Counted from the stretch's first letter, positions 12,701 through 26,488 are shown. The stretch is 64,000 bases of DNA from Psammoneis japonica (GCA_008632985.1 QPGO01000020.1:248001-312000), one strand, 5' to 3'. Notes: a model not told the origin generated them from the sequence alone. Made by a program: numbers and translations.

Positions 12701-14627
12701 TTTCGGAAGCACAGATTGACAGCTTGAAGGCTTCGCTTCCAGAGTCACCCGTAGCGGACTCGCTTTTACCGGGCAGTCATTCTTTGATCTATGTGCACAC
12801 GCTTTTCCTCGAGGAAGGGTTGTTCTCAGTGAGCACTTTCGTTGTGCACCCGAGATTATCTCTTTCAGTAACTCTCAGTTTTATGACGGACGGTTGGTTC
12901 CACTTCGACTGCCCACAACGTCCGAAAGAATGACGCCGTCTATTGTAGACGTGCGCGTCAACGGGAGTAAAGTGGGCAAGATAAACGAGAAGGAGTGCGA
13001 TACGATTGTATCAATGATCCAGGAATTGGTCGATGAGCCGGGGCCTCGGCCAAGGAGTATTGGCGTCATTTCCCTAATTGGCGATGAACAGAGTCGCTTG
13101 ATACGGGGCAGAGTTCTGGACGCGATTGGACCCGCAAAATACAAGGAACACGATATTCTGATTGGTGATCCTCCAACCTTTCAGGGAGCCGAACGGGATG
13201 TAATATTCCTCAGTCTCGTGTGTTCTGTTGGAAGTGTCCCAACGCAAAATCAGCAAATGCATGCGCAGCGAGCAAACGTTGCACTTTCTAGGGCACGCGA
13301 TCGAATGGTGCTAGTAAGGAGTGTTGAATCCAGTCATATTCCCAACGGGGAAGATGTCAAGGGACCCATTATTGATTTCTTTGTGGATTCGCAAGCGAAA
13401 GAGTCCGGAGACGCAGAGGTAGACAAAGATAGTGAATCCACCCAGGGTTCTATGAAAGGCGCCGCCATTTTGTCCTTTCGAGACGAAGCAGAGGGAGTGA
13501 TAGAGAAGCTTCTGACCGACGAAGGATTCTCTATCAGACGGATGGGTGTTGTGTGGAACGACGCCTTGTGCGTTGAAAATGCGGATTCCGGGCGTCGTGC
13601 AGCTGTCTGCGTTGATTGTGCCGGTGAGTCTAGAGAAGAATGGAAACGAGTTGTTGGGCAACAGAAGTCCATCGAGCGTGTGGGGTGGCAATGCCTGCGT
13701 GTGGATGCGTTGTCTGTCTTTGTTGATCTCTATGGCACGATGGATTCTGTAAAGAAATTTCTGGCATACGCAGGCGTCGAGGCGTCACGTCCCATTGAAC
13801 GCATCATTCTGGGAGATGACGAGCAGTCTGAGGCAGTAAAGGAGGATGAAATGAGCAAGGAGGAAATTGAAGAAGACGGCGATGAGATTGCAATTGAGCA
13901 GGATGCTGTCGCTGGAATCGATAGCGACGGAGAAGATAATAATTTACAGAATGCTGACTCAGCAGCTATTGTTGTGATTAGTAGCGATGACGATGAGGGA
14001 GAAACTTCCAGCGTGGCTGAGCGGCGACCGGGTAAGCAGGAAATCAAAGTAAAGGCGGAGGAAGACGATGGCTTTGATCCTGAACAATTCGGTGACGTTG
14101 TTGACTTGGCCTTTCTTAAGAATGGAAGGAATCCTCGGGCTGACTTCTTCACCGAAGAGGAGACCGATGAAGCCGACTTGGAAGAATCCGATGCTAAGGC
14201 TAGAAGAGGGAAACGGAAGAGCCGCTCTTATTATAAGGACGACGCATATCTGGGAGGAAGCGAATCTGACGAGAATGAGAGTTCAGAGTTAAGTGTGAAA
14301 CGTAGTAGTGAAGACTCGGAAGAATCCAATAGAAAGGCTAGAGGAAGGAAACGGAAGAGCTCGAATGACGAGGACGACGAATACCTGGGAGGAAGCGAAT
14401 CAGATGAGAGTGAGGGATCAATTGGAAGGGCAAAAAAACGTAGGAGGCGATACCGTCGCCTTGACAAGTATTCGCGAGATGGCCGTTGGTATCCTGGCAG
14501 AAAAGGGGGCGATGAAGACGAACACATGGGCTCGTGGTACGACACTGACTCGGATCTTGCTCCAGATACGGTAACGTCGAGTCAGAATACTGAGACTGCT
14601 TGTTTGTCAAGAAAAGAAGCGGAATGA
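9741..14627 (+). CDS. Large intronless superfamily-1 (UPF1/DNA2-NAM7-like, AAA_11/AAA_12) helicase with C-terminal Vsr/restriction-endonuclease-like domain and acidic/basic tail; three apparent -1 frameshifts
   Basis: Walker A GPPGTGKTHTIAN; FDLVVIDEASQ; IVGDGKQVSP; LSEHFRCAPEIISFSN (shifted frame); FQGAERDVIFLS; RANVALSRARD; then QQKSIERVGWQCLRV. Frames join at about 10122, 10550 and 12771 by adding one base to C/G runs. Confidence 0.88.
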
Positions 14628-14734
14628 ATAAGGGATTTGAGTCTATCTAAAAAAAGCAGTTTTAATGCAATAAGTACCTCAATCCAATAACTTGCGTGAT
14701 GACATCTACTAGCGCGACTTTACAACGATATCAA

Positions 14735-16636
14735 CTACAACTCGTTTTCATCGTCGTCCCAGCCCATGATTTCTGACAAGGGTGGTTCTTCTTCGATAGG
14801 AGCACCATCCTTTCCATCCCACGGTTCGGCAGTCACAACATCGAATTTTTTTTGTATCTTGACACTGCTTTGACGACCAGACATGATTGAATTCAAAAAC
14901 GCTGTTATGGCTTTTTCGCTAAACGAGCCTCGATGCACAATAAAAGCTTGCTTCTCAAGGGACACGGCAACGATGGCCGGATAACCAAACGTAAGCTCTA
15001 AACTGGCTTCCATGTCCGGTTGAGATCCTCCCTCGAACCACATGAAATCAAAGGCGGATCCCCGAAAGGACTTTGATACCGAGGCTAACAAGTCTCGATA
15101 TTTGTTTCTGCCCTCAGCCCCACTATCAAGAATATGAGGAAGCGCCGCCAAAACACACAGCTTGTTCTTTTCGTCCATGCTGCAGTGCTCCTTCAGCACT
15201 TGGTCTGAGACCATTTCTACAATTTCCTTGGGAACACCCGAACGATCGACTTCTTCCAGAACAAATCTCGCAATGTTTGGTGCAGTACGTTCGCCCATGT
15301 AATCCATGGCATCCGAATGCGACTTGTTTGTTCCACCGGGGAAAATCTTAATGGTAGGAAACCCCTTGACTCCATACATGGCTGCTAGTTGCTCTTCCAC
15401 CGTGGCATCCACCACACCTAAAAATGCACCCTCGCCATCCACCTTTTCGGCAGCAATCTCCCATTCCGGTAGCAGAGCTTTGCAATGGCCGCACCTAAAA
15501 GAAAGAAAATGCAAAGACACGTGCTGAATACGGTTCCAAGGAAAAGCTCCCGAAGCTCTTGCAAAACAAAACTGCTGTCGACACGTACCACGGAGCAACT
15601 GTAGATATGTACAGCGAGAACTGATGTTTGAGAAAAGTCGACGACAATCACTGCAACCGCCACAAGAATAAAGCAATGGAAGACTCACCAAACGCCACCA
15701 TTGACACTAGAGGATTGTCCAACACTTTCTCTTGGAAATTGCTCTGATTGAGTTCCACTACCTTGCTCGGGCCCTTTGTACTGCTCCTAGTACCGCCTGT
15801 GCCACTCGCACCGCTGCCCCCCGCACTACGAGATTGAATCGTTTGTACAACTGCATCCATGAGAGCTTGAATCATGGCGTTGGGATCACGGGCACCCTCA
15901 TACTTTGTAGGCTTCTTCTTGTCGTTTGCAAAAATGTACAAGGTCGGAAACCCCTCGACGCCGTATGCAGAAGCAATCCGTTTTCCAGCTGATGACAAGA
16001 ATAAAAAGCCAGCGTACTTTAAGTAAAATGCCTAGAGTATCAGAGTAGTTGATAAGCCATGAAAAGTATACTTTCATCAGAATCTTACCATCAGAAGTAG
16101 CATCCACAGCCGCGACTGAAGCAAAACATCAAGATTGACACGAATGAGTACGTCTCAAAAAAATTGCCAGTCAGTACTCTAGAGCGAGAGAAGAAACAAA
16201 CCGAAACACATACCATGAATAATCCCCCTTAGCATGTCCGCCATGGCCTTGTATTGTGGAGCCAACTGCTTGCAATGACCACACCTGAAAGGAATAAACG
16301 CAAAGAAAAATGGTACAGTATGTTGGATGTGATTTCGATGACCGAGCAACGCCGCTGTAGACACCTACCATGGAGCAAAGAACTGCACCATCCAGATTCC
16401 ATCGCTTCTTACAATTTGTTTTTCTACCAAATACCAAATCGAGACAGTAATAAGTAGTATTACCGGTGAGTAAAGAAAAAAAGGGCAAGAACGAGACATA
16501 CGAGTTCCACATTCGTACCAAAGTCTGACTTCTTCTCAATCACCTGAACCGATGAACCGCTTTCGCCACTATACAGTCCCAATACAGACACTGGGAGAAA
16601 CAACAAGAATTGCAGCAACAACGGAAACGTCTTCAT
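14735..16636 (-). CDS. Protein disulfide-isomerase (PDIA6/P5-like), multi-exon
   Basis: Signal peptide MKTFPLLLQFLLFLPVSVLG, two APW|CGHC thioredoxin sites each split by an intron, b domain with EPWDGKD, C-terminal DENEL ER-retention-like signal. Confidence 0.93.
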
Positions 16637-19600
16637 CGTGCTTGACCCAAGAGATACTGTAGACAGAACAGGTTAGCATGAGTAATGATATTATGATGAT
16701 GCCTGCTTGCTTGTGACTGAATTTTCATGGCGGTGAAGCACGAGAGGCGAATAACTCGACTGGACTCAACCGGTCCCGATTTTTTTACAACGTTGCGGCG
16801 GTAAGTTCGTTCTATACTTTCTCATTTTATGCGCCTTTTATATGCTCTCTAAAGATGTTGTTTGTGCTTTGGTACAGCTTGAAAGGTGGCTTGATCATCT
16901 TGTAGTCTACAGTCTTCGGTCGATTATCGCTTCTGTGATATTGGCATCGTTTGCACCCCCAAAGCGCTCCCATTAAGGAGCCTTTCACTCGCTCCCACTC
17001 AACGACCTTTGGTCGAAAATTTCATGATACATTACTGATCTCGTGATGCTCTTGATTTGCTTCTCAGGGTCTTGGTCGGCTCGTTATGACGGCGTGTCGT
17101 TTTTCGGCCGTCACAATTTCTCAAAAGTGTATGCCATCCGAATGAAACGATGCGATGGAGCCTCGAGGACACTAATGATGTTGATATTTGTCAGAGAGAC
17201 TTACCATAGGTCAAAGAAGATGCCCCTATGAGCATGTCGTGATTGATTGAGTCTTACAGTCGTTTTGACGAAACTCACCTACCTCACGAGCCTTTTTTTT
17301 GTGTGTGCCGTTCATGCATGCAGGTATCTGGTCTTTATTGACCTTTTCTTCTTACTCTGCATCCGTATTATCTTTGCTATCTAGGACACGATATCGCTCA
17401 TGCTATTTTGGGAGATCTTGGTAGTTACACTACCAGTCTAAGCTTTGCATTGGGCACAATGGAGAGGTGGAGGCTTGTTTTGCCGCGCTCCTCGCCTCCT
17501 CTTGGATGAGCGGATGCCACGAACCGCTCGTGGTGCTTGGGGCCATGAAACTTGGTATGGCAACTCAGAAATACCTCTGGAAGGTGTGAGTATACTGTGA
17601 TTTGTGTCCTCAGTGGCTTTTTAGTGTGTACGTCGTTCCACTCAGATTTGCATTTTGCCTGGTATTTTGCCAGCACGATATCTGTGGCTGCGAGTGCTTA
17701 CAGCGGCCTTTCCGGGCCATTGTTCTACATGACATTAGTCCTTTGATATTCTTTGTTCATTTGGGGAAATCAAATCCTGAAACTTTCAGTATCTAGTCGG
17801 GTCTAGGCTAGAGAGGTAAGAGTAATAATGGATGAAATGTGGACCAGGTCATGGAAGGAGTTTGGGCTAACGTGCTGCTTCTTTTCGACGGTGGAGCGAG
17901 TATGTATAAGTAAGTCGAGCAAATGTGTCAGTGCAAGAGTATGTTCGTGCAGATGGACGACTCTCTCTAGAGAGGGCTACTACTCAAGAGTGCTACTACG
18001 CAAAGTAGAACTTGGCACAGAGGTAAGAGAACCATTTATGGATTTCGACCCCGTTGACGACGAAAAGTTGGATAATCCCTTTTTTAAAACGACTTGTGGC
18101 AATTGATATTCTTTAGAGGTATGGTTGTGTAGCTCTTAGTATTCTAGTTTTCTTTGAGGGTAGGATTGTATCGCGTGTCCTTCCGGAAGAAGTCGCTTGC
18201 GTCGTCATTACGTTGTTGCGCGTTAATGCATCCATCGCGCCCCGCGGCGGCGCCAGTTAGTCTCTAGTTATTCGAGCGAGCGCAAGTTCATTCACACGCC
18301 ACAATCGTTTGACGCTTCACCTTCTCATGCATTTTAAAACAAGAATGGGCTGAATGGGTGGAAATTCCATTCAGAAACATGCAATGCACCCTCACCACAT
18401 ACACACAGCCTCTCTCCCTTTATGTTGCTCTTTCAAAAACTCGGCCGTGCTGCCTTGGTGTGTGCACAAAAAGAACAAAGGGAGAAGACCATGCCAAGCG
18501 AATGACTCTGTGAGAACAACAAGTTGCTGCACATCTGAATTGGCAACTCAGTGTCACTGTGTGCCATGATGCTCCCACAGGCTTGTCAGCAGCTTGTCTC
18601 CTGCTGCTCCACATGTTTTGACCAATTTGTCAAAGAGGGTGTGCAGCCACACACTGCACCCTGTGCATTTTTTGCAGCTTGGGATTGAACCATTTGCACA
18701 TGTCTTTTTTGCTTTAGAAAGACAATCTCCAGATGCTTTGTGTCAAGCTCAGAAATGATCACACCTGCCATCACTGGAGACTTCTTGATTGGAGCAGACA
18801 TCTGCCAAATCCCCCCCCCCCCAAGTCGTGGTGAGAGAGTTCTCTTGCTGTTCCTTCCTTGTGAAAGACAAGAGAGGGCTGCACACAAAAATGAACCACT
18901 GAACACATGTGTCCATGCATCTTTCATGGTCAGACTTGTGGCAACAAAGCTCTAGATTGGCTGTTTGAGCTGTGCATTTTTGTGAATTGCTGCTGGAGTT
19001 GTTGAGCAAAAGAGTTCAAAAAGGACAACATGATGTGGCATGACTTTGGTTTTGACACACATGCTCCTGTGGGGTGGGGTGGGAGGCATGAGGGTGAGGA
19101 TTTGCACATGGCAAGAGTGCAAGACATGTCTGACGCAAGCAAATTGGATCAACAAATGAGACTTTAGTTGATGACAGCTCCACAAAACTCTGTGCTTTCT
19201 GCAATGCTCAGACAAAGGGATGAAAAGGTGGCATGATGGGAGTGTGCACAATTGATGTCATCATGCAAAGAACTTGGTCTGGTGCAAGCACCCAGAAAAC
19301 AGTCCAAGTTCACAACAGGCTCAGAGCCGAGTCCCTTCACTTTGCTGCTCCAGCTCCATCATCTGGTGCAAGAGAGGCAGGGGATGCATGCTGGAAACAT
19401 GGCAGAACTGCGCACTGTGACATCATCAACCTGAGAGAGCTGACTCAGATCATTCATTTGCCTTAATCAACAAAAGACATGTTTCAAAAAAAGCTTGCAA
19501 ATGGAGACAGAACCACTGAGGTTGTGCTGTTGCTGCTCCCAACAGCCCCCAGGTCAATGGAGCACATGGGAGAAGCCAGTCTTTGACTTTGCCCATTTGA

Positions 19601-20089
19601 GGTTTGGCGGGGCTGTGACTTTTCAGCACTTGCTCAGCCCTCCAGAAGCAAGAATTTTCATTTTCTTGTGGAGCAACTCAAGAAGGCTTGTTTCATGTGG
19701 CATGCACAGATGGTTTTTGTTGCAATGAAAGAGACTGGCTTCAACAAGTGTCTCTCTTGCAGAAGACCTGAAGCTCAAGACCACCCACTTCACAATGCTC
19801 TTCCAACCCAAAAAATGAGTTGCACAGGCCAAAACAAGGAGAGAGACCATCCTTCTCAGTCTGGGTCTAAACCATTTGTGGCGTTTGACTCTCTCATTCC
19901 TGCTCACATCATGTTGCTTGAAAACAAAATGATGCATTTCAGAATCAGCTTGACAACTTGCAGTGCATCCAGCGCAAGGTGCAGGCTTGACCCAATTCAC
20001 TCTCTGGACACATTCAGTCATCACTCTGACATGACAAGGAAACCCTGGTGGCATGCACTGAAACCCCAAAGGAGAAAGGGAGCCAGACA

Positions 20090-23000
20090 CAGTGATGGAC
20101 AACCAGTCTTCACAGATGTCATAGAGGATCATCCCCACAAGTCCATCTCTTGCTTCATGCCACCACACATGAAAGCAGTTGCAAGATCCACTGCATTGCA
20201 TTCAAATGAATGTGTCCAGTGAGTGACTCACCCATTGCCACCAGCTCCCTCACAGCATGGCAAAAAACAGAGTTCAACTTCTTCTTCAAAGCAGAGTCTG
20301 GACTTTGTGTGTTGTGGACAACTGACACGTTGTCCCCACAGACACAGGATGGAATGGACAGCAATGCACACCCATCATCCTTAATTTGTGTTGCAAGCCA
20401 TGCAATGACTCCACGCCTTGCTTCATGGCTGTGAACTTGGATCCAAAAACCAAGGTTTCAATTGTGCTTTGTGGCACTTAGACCACACTGCCAATGCCGT
20501 GTTCATGCAGATGAAATGGTTGGCACGTGAGCGCCTCATCAACTTGTCATTGGTTTGATCCAAGTCAATGAACAAGTGCAGATCTGCCTCCAAGCCTGGA
20601 GGTTCTGGCACATTGGGTGGGACCACTTCATGCAAGTCCCCACAAAATGACTTCCAATCACATTCCTTGAAGTCAGACATGTCAATGTCTGGACATGTTG
20701 GGTCAAACACCAACCTGGCATCATGTCTCACCTTGGGGCATCCACAGACATGGAAAGCATCCTCAAAATGACCCTCCCTGGGCATGGCAAGAAATGAGAC
20801 AAGCTCAGAAACCTCCATTGTCAGATCAAGGCATCCAAGTTCCACCATCCATTGCAGGACACCTGCCTGTGTCCTCTGGTGGAACTGGGCATCTTCTGCT
20901 TCAAGCTCAGGTGACACACCTAACTCAGGACAACAATCCCATGGAAACAGAGCTGATCCCAAGTGTGGCAATGTCCATCCAGGGCAGCATTCATCCAGAT
21001 GTGCCTCTGCATTCTTGACAGCCTGCTGGATGCACTTGCTGGAGCTCATGCCCCAAGCACAGATGCCATTTGGCATTTGCACCTCTTGGATTGTGGCACC
21101 CAGATGCATCTCAGGGTTGCCTGTTGAACCAGGCTTCATCTTGAAGCAATGATCCAATTCCTTGAGTGTGCTCTCATGGCATTGTGGTGTGCCATCAGTG
21201 CATCATCCACACGCAGTGGTGCATGTGCACAGCACCACCAAAACCCATCCTCCAGTCAGACCACTTCTTTGAGCCATGCTTGGGAAGAGCCAGGCAAGGC
21301 TTCCACCCAAGATGGTGCACGCAGGAGGCCAAGTGATTCCTGAAGGCTGTGCCTGCGCTCTTCAAGCCACAAAGCATGTGTTTGACTGTTGCACGTCTCC
21401 CTGCACAATGTCTGAACTCTGGGCCTGGAGCCACAGTGATCTTCTCACTGTCAGGTGCAGCAATGCAAGCATTTTCAATGTCAGCTGCCTCAACCTCTGA
21501 GTCATTCAGAGCAGCTAGAGTGAAGGCGCAATCCTCACACTCTCAGGTGACACAATGCTTGCATGCATCAGGGTTGCAGGCACATCAGGCAGTGGTGTGT
21601 CCACCAGCTGCACAGTGTGCCTTGTGCTTGAAGTCTTGCAGCTTTACATCAAGAAAGACCAAGTGACATTTGACATGCTGGCATCCTGCCAGCTTCTTGT
21701 CATTGTCAATGACCTTGAATGCCTTGTCAACAACACCCATCTCCTTGTCTGTGGCATCTTGCCACAGGTGATTGCTGCTCACCTGGTCAATCTTGACTGC
21801 CTCATTGCACGTCTTGGGAGTGCGTGTCCCACACTTGTGCATCCATTTTTGATGCCACTTGTTCACTGCAGCAATGATCTGATGCCATTTCTTAAGGTGT
21901 GAGGAACCCACCATGCAAAGGCTGGTTCACCCTTGATCAACTGGGCTCTGGCACACTCAGCCAACTCAACCAGGTTGGATTCCTTCAAGTCTGCAAGGTG
22001 TTCCCATGTCATGGTTCCACCCTTCCAGCAAATGCAAAGGTGCCATCCTTTGGTTGTCTTGCGCATGGTCTGGCATCCTCCACTGTCCTTTGAAAAAGTG
22101 CCATCCTTCTGGACTGCATGCCAGTCAGTCTTGTGATCAACAACAGCAAGTGCTGGTTGCCTTCATTGTGGCATTGTGTGAACATGTTCTTAGCTGTGAG
22201 CAACACAACTGTGGAGCACAGGGTTCAGTCTGCTTGGCATGGCAGTCAGCCTCCCTGGTCTTCTTGCTGAACTGACCCAGCATCTGCTCCTTTGCCCCAT
22301 CTATGATCATTGTGTGGGGTGCGCCATCTTGTGCAAGAAAGAGCAAGGACAGAGCTTCATGTGCTGATCCTTCAGATCTCAGGGGGACAAGCCCAAGCCC
22401 AACCATTGGACATGACAAAGACTTGCACACAGGTGTCACCCCTTCTCAACTTGGTCAAGGAGATTGAGGTGTTGGAGCACATCTTCTCTGCAATGCACCT
22501 GCATCACAACTGTTGGTCGTTGGTCCCAAACCTCTGAGATGACATCAGATGGAGGACCATTTGTGTGCCACGCTGAGTTGTGACCTTGACAGTGTTCTCA
22601 GTTCTCAGCATCCTTGACACTGACAGACCAGTTCTTGGCCAAACATTCTGCATCAATGTGCAGCTCCTGCTTCATTGTTTTGAGCAAAGAGAGACTGATC
22701 AAGACCAGCAGCATGCAGTTGTTGCATGCATGCAAGATGTCTTGAAGCAGCTGATTCACCAGGCAGTCTGTCTCTTGTGCTGCAGTGCACAAGAGCTTTG
22801 TGCTCATGATGTGGATCTGAGGATGTGCGTCACCCCCGGTCTCAGGCATGTGACCAAGAGAGTCCGTCATGGAATCCTCTCTGGTTTGAAAGTTGGCAGT
22901 TTGTGGGTCCCATTCCAGGGACTTGCAAGTGAGTTCTGCTGCAGTGCCATCTTGTGCAGCTGCTTCACACTCTGCAGCAGTGGGTTTGGAGGTGGGGAAG

Positions 23001-24935
23001 CAACTGGTGAAACCATCCAATTCTAACAGAATCATGAGCTCACCCCCATTGGCATCTGTCAATGTCCGTCGCCACATGTGACTTGCTGTCAGGCTTTGTC
23101 AGCAGGAATTTTGGTTGCAGATTAACTCCCGTGCCATTCAGCCACAACTGCATGGGACACAAAAGGTTGTGTTTGAGGTGCGGGACATGCACTGCCTGGT
23201 GGACTGCCACCAGGATGCATTGGTGGCCCAAGGCAGGGTTCGTGTTTGTGACGGCTCCGCTTGCAGCACACAGACTCTTGCTGGTGCCCTTTTTTGGGTT
23301 GCAACCTGTGACATCTGCTGGACGGTCATGGTCAAGCACAATTAAAGCATGCTCACCCAGTGCGCTCATGTCTGCATGACTGTCTAATTCAGCACAAGCT
23401 TCAGTGCACATGGCTTCCCTCATGGTTGTTTGGGTCATGCACAGGGTCCAAAGTGGACTGACTGAGACACATGGCCAAAGAGGGCAATTCTTCCTTTTCC
23501 TTCCTGCTGGGTTTAAGGTTGCCATTCTTGTCATGCTTCTTGTTGGCCACCGTGTCTTTCAGCAACTGAAAGTTGGAGCAGCTGCACTTCTGCTTGATGG
23601 CAAGCCACTTTGTGGTTTCTTTGGACTCACCAGCAGTGTTGTCCTGGTGGTCCTCAATGTGAGCACTGATGGCTGCAACCACACTGGTGAGGGCCTTGAT
23701 CTGCTTCATGTTTTTGGCCGCAGATGTCGTGTCTTGGCCACTGCGAGCATGTCACATGTAAACTTGAGCTTCTTTCATGCTTTTGGGGACATTTGTTTGC
23801 ACTCCTTGTTGGGGCAGTGCTTGCCCTTGATGATGCCTTTCTCATGAATGACATCATTGCATTGGCACTTGAGTGGCAATGCAAAGCTTCTTGTTTTTGT
23901 TGTCCAGCTTTGACTGCTTGATGAAGTTTTTGTGTGAGACAACACACCCATCAAAGTTGCTGCGCCACAATCTGTGCCTTGATGGAGTCAAGGGACGTGT
24001 CCTTGATGCTCTCCAGAAGGTGGCATTCCTTGGAGCATTGGTCAACTCCAGCACAGACACACTCCTTGAGGCCCTCAATGACAGAGTGCTGTTCAACATG
24101 AACATGCAATGGGCACTCAAAGTTCCAGTTTTGGTGTTTGCCGTGGCAGGAAAGACCTGCTGAGTGCTTTTTTGCCACATCAGCCATGTTGTCTATGTTG
24201 TTTGGACCCAAGAAGTGATTGCACAGGTTCAAGTGGGCTGTCCTGTTATCCTGGTTGCACTGAGCCTTCTTGACACATGCCCAACACAAATGTTCCCATG
24301 TGATTCCAGCAATGATCTCCCAAACCTTGAAGCTGTTGGTGGCAAACATTTCAGTGGGTTGCAGGCTGGCCCCAGCAGCGATGTGGGGGGGGGCACGGGC
24401 AATCATCTCAGCACAAGCATCAGCATGGTTGTTGGTGTCATTGTCTGCCTCCGGCACAACCGCCTGATTTTCTTGGACCACGCAGGCTGGGGGCATGTCA
24501 ATCTCCCCACGACAAGTGCAAAGATGTGCGCGCGCAGCTTCCATCATCTTTGGCCAGTCCTTCTTGATGACAGCAGGCAGGGTGCAAGGGTTCTGTGGAA
24601 GGTTTCTGCTGCACAAAGGTGGTGGCACCCCCTGACATGGTTGTGAGTGACATCGGTGGCATGCAACGTGTGTGAGACACGCTGATGGTGACAAGCCATG
24701 AAAGCTGCAAGCTTGAGATTAATCTCATCCCGCAGTGATGCAACAGTCCCCAGGCTGGGTTGTGGATTTGCTCCACCACCCCATTGTTGCACAAGGTCTT
24801 GATCTTGTGGTCATCAAGATGATGCAGTTCTTTGATGGTGTCAATTCCCTGGTTGGCGGCAAGGGCCACTGACACTTCATTTGTGAAGCGGGGTTTGTGG
24901 TGTGCAGCATGCATGGCTGCAACATGAGCTGCCAT
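20090..24935 (-). mobile_element. Degenerate Ty1/Copia (diatom CoDi-like) LTR retrotransposon: gag - protease - integrase (partly deleted) - RT - RNase H
   Basis: gag-like LCNHFLGPNNIDNMA (~24200); protease ELDSHAD (~23380); integrase IIDGAKEQ/KQTEP (~22270); TWEHLADLKESN..ELAE..AFAWWVPHTL; RT AAGGH, LCGLKSAG, xVDD (~21205); RNase H IETLVFGSKFTAMK. Copia domain order, many stops and frameshifts. LTRs not identified. Confidence 0.93.
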
Positions 24936-25460
24936 GGTTGATGGTGTGGTGGTTCATTGATGACAAAACTCTCTTTCACATGAGGCTGAGTTGTGTGGTT
25001 CTCATTCGAAAAGTCAGCAAGTTGTGTGAAGTTCACATTGCTTTTTCATCATCACAGACTGGGTGATTCTGCAAGTTTGTCTGAACAATGTGTCTGCAAT
25101 GAGACTTGCGTGACCACAAACCAACTTTGTTCCTGCAATCTGCCTGACCGATGCTGATGGTGAGTGCAAATTAGCAACAAATGAATGTTGTGCTGTGTGC
25201 AAATCTACATGCGATGTTGTCACCCAGCAATTTCAAAATTGCTTGTGCATTTGCCTCTGCACCATCTGTGAATTTTAATTGCTTCACATGTTTGCATTTG
25301 CTCAACGGACAAATGACATTGTGTGTGCTTGGATTTCTGAATGTTTTGTTCCCAAACATCAACTCTCTGCTTCTCACCAAAATTGCCAATTAAATCGTGA
25401 AACCTCAATGGAAAAGTGGTTGGTTCCAGAATTTGTTGAGCAAAAGGAAGTCAAAACACA

Positions 25461-25755
25461 AGTTAACAAAAGCCAACACAAGCAAACAAAAATCAACATC
25501 AGTCAACACCAGTTGACAAATGTCACTTTGAGTCAACACGAGTCAATGGCAAAAGCACAGAAATGTCTCTGCAGACAAAGCAACAGTCTTGCACCTCACT
25601 CACCAACAGCCCCCCATGACAAATGTTGCAGATGCAAACAGTTTTGCATGGGCACCATGCACATTTGACTGGGCAGAGTCAACATGAGTCAATGCAAGTC
25701 AAACAAGTCAACAAAAGTCAATGCAAGTCAACACAAGTCATCAAAAGTCAACACA
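25461..25755. repeat. Two short arrays of a 10-bp unit AGTCAANNNN (25461-25546 and 25677-25755)
   Basis: Units such as agtcaacatg, agtcaatgca, agtcaacaca, agtcaacacg and agtcaacaaa in 10-bp register. Confidence 0.8.
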
Positions 25756-26488
25756 ACTCTGTGTGCTTGAGCAAAAGCATTCAAATTTACTCACGACTTA
25801 ATTTGTTCAACACTTCACATCACAAATGAAATTTGTGCAAGATGTTTCTTGGCAAGTGAACAAGGCCAAATTCAATGGTCATCCGTCAAATGAAAATTGC
25901 CAATTCATCCATTGAAATTTGAAATTCACACATGATGCAAGACTGAATCAACGAAATGTGCGGACAGTGCCAAGACAACTTTGGAATGGAAATGGCACCC
26001 CAAGAAATCCACAGATTGTGCTCTGCTGTGTTTGTGCATGTGTCCCTCAAAATGCATCAGAGCAGATGATGCCACAGTCATCAATGAGCATTTAAACTTG
26101 TGCTGATCCTGGGAGCACAAAACTTGTTGAGCACGAATGCTTCTTGCATTTGCAGATGTTTTCCAGTTGTCCCTGACTTTTGTGGAATGTTCTGTGGCAT
26201 CATGAATCATTCACAAGCAGAGGTGACACTCAGACTCATTGTTTTGCATGGCAGTGGCTCCAACAAAGTGAACAAATTACCCTGCAGTCATGCGCACTGG
26301 GGACTGGACTAAAAGAAAGCTTGCAACATCGTGCCTGTTTTCCAGAAGTGAGATCTAAACCTGAGGAACCGCTCTGTGCTCAACCGCCACTGACAAAGCA
26401 CACAAAACTCACACAAAACCAACTCGAGTTTATCACATGGCAAATTCTTCATGCCAAGGGCAAAAATCTTGAAAATCATGATGAAGTG

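Noticed and set aside
1..14627. Programmed frameshifting or pseudogene status for the ABC1 kinase and the helicase
   Set aside because: All six breaks are single-base losses in short homopolymers with otherwise intact motifs, typical of long-read consensus error; needs short-read confirmation.
17043..17800. Possible gene fragment with a GT-AG intron near 17585-17672
   Set aside because: No recognisable domain and no coherent reading frame.
20090..24935. An alternative genetic code or RNA editing restoring the Copia ORFs
   Set aside because: The element also has frameshifts and deletions, and the signature covers non-coding DNA on both strands.
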